Assembly (NCBI RefSeq): GCF_000025505.1
Contig: NC_013849.1
Span: 390,001-422,000, forward strand
From: Ferroglobus placidus DSM 10642
GTDB lineage: Archaea > Halobacteriota > Archaeoglobi > Archaeoglobales > Archaeoglobaceae
Length of the DNA: 32,000 bases
Direction of reading: 5' to 3'
Shown here: one piece after another, positions 1-7,946 of the stretch
How positions within the stretch are numbered: the first letter of the stretch is position 1
Layout: every line of letters starts with the position of its first letter
Translations under genes and position numbers: made by a program
The notes under the pieces: generated by a model
Databases searched by the model: none
Told to the model about the DNA's origin: nothing
The model's input: only the letters and a program-made list of their open reading frames with translations

Positions 1-34
1 CCTTTTCCTTTATCTTTTTAAACACGTTCAGCAT
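1..34 (-). CDS. 5' end of an unknown gene running off the left edge (partial)
   Basis: Reverse-strand ATG at 34..32 is preceded by an SD-like GGTGAGGATC at 35..44. Only 11 codons (MLNVFKKIKEK) are visible. Confidence 0.25.
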   Translation of the reverse strand, partial: MLNVFKKIKEK

Positions 35-100
35 GATCCTCACCTTCACCTTCCCCCTATCCCAGCAGGCCCAGCTCTTGGGTGCGAGGGCTTTGAGCGC

Positions 101-337
101 TCAGCCATACAGCATCCCCACATTCTTTATCCTCCGTTTTGGTTTCTTACCCTCCCACCTCTCGCACGAGTGGTTTGCTGGAGTGATCATTCCTCTGAGG
201 CCGCAGTAGCCATCACTCTCATCAACCGAATGCCAGCACCTGCAGCCAATACATCTCCCCCTGGGCAAGTTTCTCCACTTACTCCTGCCTTTTTTCTTAA
301 CCTTCTTACCTGTTCTTTTCTTTCTCTCTCCGGCCAT
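101..337 (-). CDS. small basic Cys-rich protein, possibly metal-binding, function unknown
   Basis: 78-aa ORF with K/R-rich termini and five Cys (CIGCRC...C...C). Co-oriented downstream of the ATPase gene. Confidence 0.55.
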   Translation of the reverse strand: MAGERKKRTGKKVKKKGRSKWRNLPRGRCIGCRCWHSVDESDGYCGLRGMITPANHSCERWEGKKPKRRIKNVGMLYG

Positions 338-338
338 G

Positions 339-368
339 CCCTTCTCTACCCTTCTCTACCCTTCTATC
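339..368. repeat. 10-bp tandem repeat x3 (cccttctcta; GGGTAGAGAA on the sense strand of the minus-strand gene)
   Basis: Read directly: 339-348 and 349-358 are identical and 359-368 is degenerate. The repeat abuts the start codon at 337. Confidence 0.8.
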
Positions 369-502
369 CCTTTGCCCCTACCTCAACCCATCTGTAGCGA
401 TGGTTGCAACAGCAACAGTAACGTTAAAGACCCAGGACGCGACCACACCCACACCTCTCATCCTCTCCTATTTACTTTCCAATCTACACTCTTTCCCATA
501 CT

Positions 503-2317
503 CTACACACCTCTCCCTGAAGCCTCAAGATAGGCCTTCTCCACAGGATTAGCTATAACGTTCATGTGGTAAATGCCGGCTGGAGTGATGAGCAGAGCAG
601 AGGAGTAGCCCGCAGTTTTTCCCTGTGCAGCTTCCTTCACAAACCCCTCCCCAGATGCCGGGATGTCCAGTATCCTCTTAACCTCTTCCGGTATCGCCTC
701 CAGCCTGAAGATGACGTGTATGTCTGCATTGGAGATTATCGTCCTCCCCTCCTCAAATCTGATGAACTCGTCATATCCCTGTGTGACGAGAGTGTAGCCT
801 GTTTTGTGGTGCCTTGAGTGCCTCACCTCTCTCTCAAGAAACTTTCTGATCTGCCTGTAGGCCATGAAGTAGTGGGCCTCATCCACCACCACCATCTTCT
901 TACCCTTCTCAGCCCTCTCTCTCGATCCAATCCACGTCAAAACTGCATGCAGAGGTAGAGGGCTCTTCTCAACACCCTCCACTGCTGAGAAGTCGAAGTA
1001 AACAACCCTGTTTCTGATATTGACATCCGTTCGCCCGTTGAACATGCTTAATTCAGCTGTAAAGGCGCTCATTGCGGACTTTATTCTCTCAGCAGCCCTC
1101 CTTTCTTCCTCACCCACGGGAACCTGGTCGATCTTCTCGATGACGTCGTCTATAATCACATCCCTGAACTTCTTATCCACGTAGGCCTTGATTATTGCCT
1201 TCCTCAGCACTCCAGATTCGGCCTTGTCCAGCGGGCTACCAACTTCTTCCTCAAAGAATGTTGAGAAGAACTCAAGGAGAGACATCAGCTTGTCCTTCAG
1301 CACCGACTGAGGTGTCTCGCCTTCCGGGACGAAGATGTCGAGGGGGTTCATGACGTTCTTGCCAACCACAACCCTCTGGGCCCCGAGCACGGCAGCGAGA
1401 TCCTTGAAGCCTGCAAGCGGATCGACAAGGAAGATCCTTACCTCAGGATCATTCAGCACCCACCTCGCAACCTCAAGCTTTGCGAAGAAGGATTTTCCAC
1501 TCCCTATTTTTCCGACAACGATCTCGTTGTGTCCTGCAAATTTGAACCTGTCAACTATGATCGGTGACTTTGTTGCAACATCATAGCCGTACAGCACTCC
1601 ACTCTCGTGCATGAGGGTGGGGAAGACGAAGGGGAAGCAGGACGCAGCGGCCTCGCTGTCCACCAGCACCTTCCTGCTGAGATAATCCTTTCCCTCAGGT
1701 AAAAGTGTTTTGAAGGCTTCGAGCATCCTGTACCTTATTCTCTTCAGCTGACACCCCTTTGCCTTCATCCTCTTGTTGAAGTCTGCAAAGTAATCCTCAG
1801 CAGCATTCTTGTCATCAGCAAGGATGTAGAAGTAAGTGCTTAAGGTGTAAAGCTTTGTCTGCCTTGACACAAGCCTTTCCCTGTAGCTGTATAGGTATTC
1901 AAGCTCGTGCTCCAGAGATGTCGTGTCAGTTCTACCCTTCTCCCTCATCTCCTGCAGCTTTGCCTCCAGCTGGGTTATGCGCCTGTTAAGCTCGTTCACA
2001 ATCCTCGTTTCATCCATGGGTTCTACAAACTGGACAAAGTCAAGCAGGTACGGCTTCCAGACAAACTCATCAGCAATCCACCCCTCGTAAACCTTTGCCG
2101 GGTAGGCGGTGACCTGGGCCGGGATCACAACCTTTCCGTTCAGGGTTAAATATCCCTTCTCTACGGCAACAAGCTCAGGGGCTATTATAGAGCGGTCCAC
2201 CTCCTCCTTGTGGCCTGACCGAGTGAGGATTTTTGCGGGCAGACCGGCCTGCTTCTCCCCCTTGCCCTTGTCCTTGCCTTTGCCCTTATCCTTGCCTTTC
2301 TTCTTGCCTTTGAACAT
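503..2317 (-). CDS. VirB4/TrbE-type conjugative (T4SS) ATPase
   Basis: Walker A GKIGSGKS, Walker B MVVVDEAHYF, and an upstream TAYPAKVYEGWI motif typical of VirB4/CD1110-type ATPases. ATG 2317 has a GGTGA SD 4 nt upstream; the track ORF starts at TTG 2338. Confidence 0.88.
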   Translation of the reverse strand: MFKGKKKGKDKGKGKDKGKGEKQAGLPAKILTRSGHKEEVDRSIIAPELVAVEKGYLTLNGKVVIPAQVTAYPAKVYEGWIADEFVWKPYLLDFVQFVEPMDETRIVNELNRRITQLEAKLQEMREKGRTDTTSLEHELEYLYSYRERLVSRQTKLYTLSTYFYILADDKNAAEDYFADFNKRMKAKGCQLKRIRYRMLEAFKTLLPEGKDYLSRKVLVDSEAAASCFPFVFPTLMHESGVLYGYDVATKSPIIVDRFKFAGHNEIVVGKIGSGKSFFAKLEVARWVLNDPEVRIFLVDPLAGFKDLAAVLGAQRVVVGKNVMNPLDIFVPEGETPQSVLKDKLMSLLEFFSTFFEEEVGSPLDKAESGVLRKAIIKAYVDKKFRDVIIDDVIEKIDQVPVGEEERRAAERIKSAMSAFTAELSMFNGRTDVNIRNRVVYFDFSAVEGVEKSPLPLHAVLTWIGSRERAEKGKKMVVVDEAHYFMAYRQIRKFLEREVRHSRHHKTGYTLVTQGYDEFIRFEEGRTIISNADIHVIFRLEAIPEEVKRILDIPASGEGFVKEAAQGKTAGYSSALLITPAGIYHMNVIANPVEKAYLEASGRGV

Positions 2318-2421
2318 ACACTCACCCCGACTAACCAAGCATCAACATATGTAGTATTCGGAGAATAAATAAGTTATTTTTTACTCCACTACAACCAGTA
2401 CTATAGCCTCCACAAAAAAGA

Positions 2422-3306
2422 TTAAAAACCTCTGCCGATAACCTCAAGTTCCTGCTCAATCTTGTTTTTTACTTCAGATCTCAGCGAGAAGTATTCAGGC
2501 TTGATAATCCTCATCTTCTCTCCTCTCTTCCCTCCTCCAGAGATCGTGGCATCGAAAAGCACGTGAGTGAAAACTTTGGCAAGCATGTAGGCCTTCACCT
2601 TGTTCATCTTCACTTCCAGCTTCTCTGCAGTACTAAGGATGTCCTCAGCTGTGGCCACAGTGGGCAGTTCATCGAAAATTCTTCTCGCAGTCTCGTAAGG
2701 TAGCTTCAGCACATGTCCCTTGTATCTGGCCTCAACAAGATCTTTGCTGACACGGTATATGAGATTGCCTTTCTTTATCCACCCTTTCTCCCCTCTCTCT
2801 GTCTTCCTTTTCTTCTCTTTCTTCTCTTTCTTTCCTTCAGTCTCCCTTACGGTTTCTTCCTTCTCTTCCTCCTTCTTCTCTTCCCATTTCTTCTCCTCTT
2901 TCTTCCACTCTGCACCTTCTTTATCCCCCGCCTTTGCTTTCTCCTCTTTTTTCTCTTCCGCTGCAATCTCTTTCTCCTCTATTCCTTCTACCACAGGTGG
3001 TAGAAGTTCTCTTTCCTCCTTCCCCACCTCTTCTACCACTTCCTCGTCTGCCCCTTCAGCACTCTCAACGCCACCAACACTTTCCGCCTCTTTCTCTTCT
3101 AGCCTCTCTACAATCTCAGCTTTCGTGAACACCAGTGAGATTTCCACATCCCCATTTGATCTCCTGAGTATGACCTCATCAGCCAGTTGCGTCAGAACGT
3201 CAACCGCTCTCCCTACAAGAGCAGGATCGATCCTTCCCCTTACTACAACTTTCGCCGAACCCACCTTCACCTCCGACTGTGTTTCCTTTACTCTCTTCCC
3301 AGCCAT
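2422..3306 (-). CDS. hypothetical protein with a central E/K-rich low-complexity segment
   Basis: Long ORF between the two VirB4-related genes. ATG 3306 is 12 nt inside the track start (GTG 3318). Globular N- and C-terminal parts flank a ~100-aa EK-rich linker. Confidence 0.7.
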   Translation of the reverse strand: MAGKRVKETQSEVKVGSAKVVVRGRIDPALVGRAVDVLTQLADEVILRRSNGDVEISLVFTKAEIVERLEEKEAESVGGVESAEGADEEVVEEVGKEERELLPPVVEGIEEKEIAAEEKKEEKAKAGDKEGAEWKKEEKKWEEKKEEEKEETVRETEGKKEKKEKKRKTERGEKGWIKKGNLIYRVSKDLVEARYKGHVLKLPYETARRIFDELPTVATAEDILSTAEKLEVKMNKVKAYMLAKVFTHVLFDATISGGGKRGEKMRIIKPEYFSLRSEVKNKIEQELEVIGRGF

Positions 3307-3390
3307 TCTCTCTACCACCTCTTCTACCTCTTTCTCTCCTTCTCTCGCTCACACACTCTCCCTTCACCTTTTGCCCTTCACACCACCTAC

Positions 3391-4239
3391 CTAACCACCC
3401 ACAACAACCTTCGCTGAGTTGTAGTTTTTGGGCATGGTTGTTCTGTTTGCAATCAGCTCGTAGAGGGCCAGAATGTCCTCTCTCTCAAGAAGCTTGGCAG
3501 GAATACCACCTCTCCTCAGGCCCGATGCAACAGTCTCAACCCTCCTCTTCAGCTCCCCTATCGCCACCTCCTCCGTTTTCTTCGGGACTGTTACAACCAC
3601 AAAGTACCTCCTCATGATCGCTGTCCTCACATCCTCATCAAGCCCTGCAAGGTACGCATGCGCAAGCTCACTCAGAATGGGGTTTGCGGCAATATCCTCG
3701 TCCTTCAGCCTCAGCATGAGCCTGTTTAGATACCTTCCAGCATTAAATTCTGCAGCTATGCTCAGGATCTGAATTGGAAAGTCGAGGCTGTCAAGGGTTG
3801 ATTTGAAAGAGTCGAGGAAGGCTCTCTGATCTGCAGGTGTTGAGTAGAAGAAGTTTACCGGCTGAACCTCTATTATGGCTCCATACCCATCCTTCATCCT
3901 CATTACCCATCCATCAACGAAGTCTGTGGAGGGAAGGTATTTTGTTGTGTCGAGCTCGTGGGCGTACACAGCTTTCTTCCTTGCTGCAAACCTCGCCTCA
4001 TATAAAGGAAACATGTATCCCACCTCCTCGGGCATCATTGCCTTCATAAATACAAGGAAGGCGAACACTCCTGCCGCTACAGCTACCGACACCACCCCAA
4101 ACCCCCTGAGCAGTATCCACACTGACGAGGAGATCAGGAAGAGCGTCAGGATCTCCACGGGTGTGAACAGCCCGAACAGCTTTGACTCTGCCTGAACCAC
4201 TGACGGAAACTCAACCACTCTCAGCCCTGTTCCCTGCAT
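3391..4239 (-). CDS. membrane protein: VirB3/PrgI-like TM hairpin fused to a VirB4-N-terminal-like domain (tentative)
   Basis: ATG 4239 lies ~25 nt from a TATA-like box; the track ORF extends to TTG 4323. TM hairpin: SKLFGLFTPVEILTLFLISSSVWILL / VVSVAVAAGVFAFLVF. The soluble part (GYGAIIEVQPVNFFYSTPADQRAFLDSF..DFPIQILS; RRYFVVVTV) resembles the extreme N-terminus of Gram-positive-type VirB4. Confidence 0.7.
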   Translation of the reverse strand: MQGTGLRVVEFPSVVQAESKLFGLFTPVEILTLFLISSSVWILLRGFGVVSVAVAAGVFAFLVFMKAMMPEEVGYMFPLYEARFAARKKAVYAHELDTTKYLPSTDFVDGWVMRMKDGYGAIIEVQPVNFFYSTPADQRAFLDSFKSTLDSLDFPIQILSIAAEFNAGRYLNRLMLRLKDEDIAANPILSELAHAYLAGLDEDVRTAIMRRYFVVVTVPKKTEEVAIGELKRRVETVASGLRRGGIPAKLLEREDILALYELIANRTTMPKNYNSAKVVVGG

Positions 4240-4256
4240 ATTGTAAGTATGCACAA

Positions 4257-4270
4257 AAAATAATATATTC
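4257..4270. promoter_or_regulatory. near-palindromic TATA-like box shared by divergent genes (4239 minus, 4305 plus)
   Basis: aaaataatatattc sits in the 65-bp divergent intergenic region, at the spacing expected for archaeal TATA-to-start distances. Confidence 0.45.
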
Positions 4271-4304
4271 TTTACGCAAACTATTATTACTGGAGGTGTG
4301 TGCC

Positions 4305-4793
4305 TTGCAGAATCATGAACCAATGGGTGGGGGAAATGGTGGTAGAAAAAGTGACGACTGGCAGCAAAACCATCAGCTGACCGGGCAAGACGACTGGGGC
4401 GGTGATGGTGTTTACAGCGGCATAGATATCGCTAAAGACATCCAGAGGCTTGCTGTTGCAGTGGAGGACGGAGACAGCATAGAAATATGGAGGCTCCTCA
4501 GAAAGATTATACATGTGATGGAAGTGTGCAAACTCAAACCCGGGCCCGGAGAGGAGGAGTTGAAAGAGCTGATGCGGTGTCTTGAAAACCTCAGGGAAAT
4601 TGTTACGCCACGGGATTTTGCAATTCTCGGCAGCGCCATCTACCTGATCGAGCTTGTTCTCTGGCTTGTTCACGAGTGTCAGACTGAGAGCCGGATTGCA
4701 TCATGCTTTGTTGGGGAGCTTGCAGGAATACACAGAGAATACACTCAGCTGCTCACCGGGACGAAGATAAGTACAGAGAGTACAGAGAGGTAA
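4305..4793 (+). CDS. hypothetical protein (predicted helical)
   Basis: In-frame TTG 4305 lies 6 nt after a perfect GGAGGTG (4292-4298); ATG 4323 is an alternative start. The track start 4182 would overlap the divergent gene. First gene of the plus-strand pilin/oxidoreductase cluster. Confidence 0.6.
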   Translation: MQNHEPMGGGNGGRKSDDWQQNHQLTGQDDWGGDGVYSGIDIAKDIQRLAVAVEDGDSIEIWRLLRKIIHVMEVCKLKPGPGEEELKELMRCLENLREIVTPRDFAILGSAIYLIELVLWLVHECQTESRIASCFVGELAGIHREYTQLLTGTKISTESTER

Positions 4794-4879
4794 GAATTGT
4801 CTAATGATGTCTAAGGGTCAGCTACCTGTCGCTAAAGCATGTGGGGGCTTCCTTGCGGTTAGAGGTGTGGTGATAGAGT

Positions 4880-5302
4880 ATGGTGAACAAGATTATAGGT
4901 GAGCTGCTCCTCATAGCGCTGATGATTGCAGCTGCAGCTGCTCTGGCATTAGCAATCTCCCCTCCCTCGACAAAGCCCGCATACGAGATAAAGGTGGAGG
5001 ATGCCTATCCTCCAACATCATCGCAGGAGCTGTTTAACGTGATCATGGTGTCAGGGGAAATACGGTACAGCAACCTCAAGGTGAGGTTGATAAACGCAAC
5101 AACGGGCGATGTGGTTGATACAGCCACCTACAACGGAAATCTTGCGGGAGGTGTTATATCTGCGGAGATAAAAGATACCGACGGCTACTTCTCCACCGGG
5201 GACTTCCTGAGGTTTAAGGGCTCCATTTCGCCGGGGATTTACAGGGTGATCATCACAGATGACAGATACGTTGCTTTTGAGGGGTTGCTGAAGATACAGT
5301 AG
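4880..5302 (+). CDS. small exported/anchored protein with N-terminal hydrophobic helix, possible archaeal pilin-like protein
   Basis: The N-terminus MVNKIIGELLLIALMIAAAAALALA is followed by a beta-rich domain. A GGTGAT SD lies 5-6 nt upstream. The class-III signal is atypical, so the pilin call is tentative. Confidence 0.6.
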   Translation: MVNKIIGELLLIALMIAAAAALALAISPPSTKPAYEIKVEDAYPPTSSQELFNVIMVSGEIRYSNLKVRLINATTGDVVDTATYNGNLAGGVISAEIKDTDGYFSTGDFLRFKGSISPGIYRVIITDDRYVAFEGLLKIQ

Positions 5303-5400
5303 GTTGGATCCTTGGAAGAGAATGGCTGCTGAAGATACCTGAGAAAGCTGGATGGGATGAGGTGAGTTTGGAGTGAAAGAAAAAGAGAAAGAAATAGGAG

Positions 5401-5808
5401 GTGAGGCCTATCAGATCTAAAGCCACGCTTGTGTTTGTATTTGCAATCCTTCTGAGTGCTGGGCTGGCCTTCTACATCTACACGCTGAACGCCGACGTCA
5501 TCAACAAGATTAAACCGCATCCACACCAGAACACATCCGTGTACTTCTTCTACTCCCACTACTGCCCCCACTGCAGAGAGGTGATGCCATACGTTGAGGA
5601 CGTTGCGAAAAAGGTTGAAAAAAATGGTGTGAGTGTAACCTTCTGCAGTGTGGACGAAACCATGCCACAGAGCTGTAAGAGGGTTGCCAAAGATATTCAT
5701 CTGTCTGCTGTGCCCACAGCTGTTGTTTACAGTAATGGGAGTAAAACGCTGCTTGTTGGGAGTGATGAAGTCAGAACGCTCGGGAAGGTGCTTGGAGTCG
5801 AACAATGA
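5401..5808 (+). CDS. membrane-anchored thioredoxin-fold thiol:disulfide oxidoreductase (CPHC, DsbA-like active site)
   Basis: N-terminal TM anchor (ATLVFVFAILLSAGLAFYIY), then YFFYSHYCPHCREV and a downstream VPT cis-Pro-type motif. The GTG start is embedded in GGAGGTGA, so the start is uncertain. Confidence 0.75.
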   Translation: MRPIRSKATLVFVFAILLSAGLAFYIYTLNADVINKIKPHPHQNTSVYFFYSHYCPHCREVMPYVEDVAKKVEKNGVSVTFCSVDETMPQSCKRVAKDIHLSAVPTAVVYSNGSKTLLVGSDEVRTLGKVLGVEQ

Positions 5809-5837
5809 ATTGAAATAAAAAACAACTCGGTTTAAGA

Positions 5838-5978
5838 TCAAAAAATCAAGATCTCTCCCTCCTCAGGATCCTCAGACGGTTCCAGAAATTCTACTTCAAG
5901 CACGAATTCCCCATTCAGTCCGCTCTCTTCACTTCCGCTGCCAACCACTTCCTCTACAAGCTCAAGCACCTCTATCAT
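5838..5978 (-). CDS. possible 46-aa acidic small protein
   Basis: ORF below the track cutoff: MIEVLELVEEVVGSGSEESGLNGEFVLEVEFLEPSEDPEEGEILIF. A TATA-like cttatatat lies ~25 nt upstream (leaderless geometry) and a T6 run follows the stop. Confidence 0.3.
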   Translation of the reverse strand: MIEVLELVEEVVGSGSEESGLNGEFVLEVEFLEPSEDPEEGEILIF

Positions 5979-6158
5979 ACTATATACTACACACACAGAT
6001 ATATAAGCATCATTAGTGTTCTGAAAGTGGAAAGAAGAAAAAACGAATGTAAATCTTTTTCTCTGTTAGAAAAGCGATAATGGCCGACTAAAGGAGGAAT
6101 AATAACTGGAAAATTGACTAGATACACAATAGTCATTTCTCAACCCCTCTCACTAGCC

Positions 6159-6892
6159 TCATAGCAGATCCCATAACAGCGAGCTCAGGAAAACCAGCAG
6201 ATCCCCGAAAAAGATGGCGAGAACAAATCCTGCTGTTATGAACACAAGAAATGGTATCTGCGGAGTTACCCACACCCTCTGACATCCTGCCTTTCTGAGC
6301 GCTTCAAGCTGAGCAGGATCTGGGTCTATCCCTCTTCTGAGATTCACAACCTCTCCACCCCTCACCACCTGGAGAAGGTAGTGAAATCTGGGGAAGTTTG
6401 AAACTTCCACACGATAACCCATCAGAAATCCAACAGGATGCTCCTTAAAGGCTGAAAATCCCTCTTTTAAGTTTCTGAGGACAAATACAATCATTATAAA
6501 CGGTGTTGCGATGAGGGAGTTCGTGAGGACTGTGAGGGTAAAAATTCCGAATCCTTTATTGAGAATGGGTAGCGGTGGTGCTGGTGGTGTCAGTTCAGGA
6601 TAGAAGGGGAAGGTTAATGCGAGGACCATAACTGCCTTTGCATCAGCGCCCCCCACGCACCGATACGGTAGAAAAGGTAGGCCAGAAAGACCATATAAGC
6701 GGATCCAGCAGCACCGAAAATTAGCTGATTTGTATTTGCCTCCGCTATTGTGAGGGGGGAGAGGGTGATAAGCATCCACTTCCAGACTCTGTTCGGAACC
6801 CTTCTCTCCTTCAGATCAAGAAAGGAGGAATAGACGAGGAAGGTGGTTGCAATTGAGAGTTTAAGCAGATAGACAAGGGTCAGGGGCTGCAT
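6159..6892 (-). pseudogene. archaeal prepilin/preflagellin peptidase (A24 family, FlaK/PibD-like) interrupted by a frameshift
   Basis: The first catalytic Asp motif FLDLKERRVPN is in track ORF 6614..6901. The second, GGADAK, is in the overlapping frame of ORF 6159..6779. The frames join at a C6 run (6649-6654); one extra base would give ...FYRIGAWGGADAKAVMVLAL... Confidence 0.8.
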
Positions 6893-6919
6893 TAACACCA
6901 CTCCCTATCTTGGTGAACT

Positions 6920-6928
6920 AAAAAAAAA
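6920..6928 (-). terminator. T9 run on the minus strand after the pilin gene (possible archaeal terminator/attenuator)
   Basis: A9 on the plus strand at 6920-6928, between the pilin stop (6953) and the peptidase start (6892). Confidence 0.35.
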
Positions 6929-6952
6929 GAAGTTTGTTAAGGCCAAAAAATT

Positions 6953-7441
6953 TTAGCTTATCATGACGTTCTGGTCGACCATTGGCTGCATTGTGGGCTT
7001 GTAGTACAGCACGACCTCGTATGTTCCTGCAGAGGGATTGCTACCAAGTACAGTGTTCTTTGCAATTATCTCTTCACCGCCCTCGAAGAAGTTTTTGTTG
7101 TATCCGGTAGCAGAGAGCTGGTCTAGTGTGACGTTAACACCGTTGGCCGTGGCAACATCCTCGCTGTACAGCAGGGTGTGGTTACTGTCATACACTGTGA
7201 GAATTATGTCTGAGAACAAAATTCTGTCCCCACCGAGGTGCCTCACAACGAACGCATAGGTGTTCGCGCTAAGAGGATCTGGATAGTCTACGACTTTGAA
7301 CTGGGCGCTTGGTGGCTTGTTGAAGTTCATCAGACCTCCCATAAACGCCGCAACCACCGCCACTCCAACAACGGCCACTGCTATTAGCAGGGCCACCACT
7401 ACTATCTGGCTTATACCCCTCTCGTCCTTCACAAACCCCAC
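6953..7441 (-). CDS. archaeal type IV pilin-like protein (class III signal peptide, DUF1628-type)
   Basis: N-terminus MGFVKDERGISQIVVVALLIAVAVVGVAVV, plus a VRHLGGD motif typical of this family. GTG start with GGAGGTG 5 nt upstream. Confidence 0.85.
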   Translation of the reverse strand: MGFVKDERGISQIVVVALLIAVAVVGVAVVAAFMGGLMNFNKPPSAQFKVVDYPDPLSANTYAFVVRHLGGDRILFSDIILTVYDSNHTLLYSEDVATANGVNVTLDQLSATGYNKNFFEGGEEIIAKNTVLGSNPSAGTYEVVLYYKPTMQPMVDQNVMIS

Positions 7442-7484
7442 TTTTTCACCTCCGCTCTCGTCTCCTCTTTCTAAAGAGTATCCT

Positions 7485-7498
7485 AAAAGTATATATAG
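7485..7498. promoter_or_regulatory. palindromic TATA box in a divergent promoter (pilin minus strand / VirB2-like plus strand)
   Basis: aaaagtatatatag is centred ~31 nt upstream of ATG 7523 and ~51 nt from GTG 7441. Confidence 0.5.
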
Positions 7499-7522
7499 TT
7501 TACTACTCCAATTTATGATAGT

Positions 7523-7825
7523 ATGCGTGTGAAAGCAGTGGTGGTGGGAACACTACTTGCCATGGCCCTTATCCAGCCGGCCCTTGCCCAGACAATGACT
7601 GTATCGTATCTGGCCAGCGCCCTCAGGGCTGTGGGCTCAGCTCTCTTCGGACTCGCTCTGCTCTGGGGTGCTGCAAAGATCATGGCGTCAGGAGGGGACC
7701 AGAGGATGCTGGAGGAGGGTAAAAACGTGATTAAAAATGCGATAATCGGTTACATCCTGATCATACTCGCTTCCTTCATAGCGGTTGGATCCCTCAACCT
7801 GGATCCGCTTGTGATAATCCCCTAG
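7523..7825 (+). CDS. VirB2/TrbC-like T4SS pilin (copy 1)
   Basis: Signal peptide ending ALA-Q, then two hydrophobic helices separated by a short charged loop (LLWGAAKIMASGGDQRMLEEGKNVIKNAIIGYILIILA). This is the topology and loop signature of T4SS pilins. Confidence 0.7.
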   Translation: MRVKAVVVGTLLAMALIQPALAQTMTVSYLASALRAVGSALFGLALLWGAAKIMASGGDQRMLEEGKNVIKNAIIGYILIILASFIAVGSLNLDPLVIIP

Positions 7826-7946
7826 GAGGTGGGGTATGGATGCTGTGGAGTGTGGATGCTGAATGGATCAGAGGGATGGATGGTGTTGCAAGGGCTGATG
7901 GTGTGGTGGATGAAGTGAAGGGATTGAAAAATGCTGGGGTGGAAAA

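Noticed and set aside
2720-3394. Long plus-strand ORFs (2713..3003, 2720..3394, 2934..3128, 3279..3617) opposite the EK-rich gene
   Set aside because: Their S/F/L/P-rich composition is the mirror image of the E/K-rich coding strand. They have no SD or promoter and overlap better-supported minus-strand genes.
4287-4673. Minus-strand ORFs 4287..4673 and 4412..4639
   Set aside because: They overlap the plus-strand ORF, which has a perfect SD and fits the divergent-promoter geometry. The minus-strand products look compositionally odd and would collide with the promoter of 4239.
6614-6901. Treating ORFs 6614..6901 and 6159..6779 as two separate overlapping genes
   Set aside because: Each holds one of the two catalytic Asp motifs of a single A24 peptidase, and they join at a homopolymer. 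One frameshifted gene is the simpler reading.
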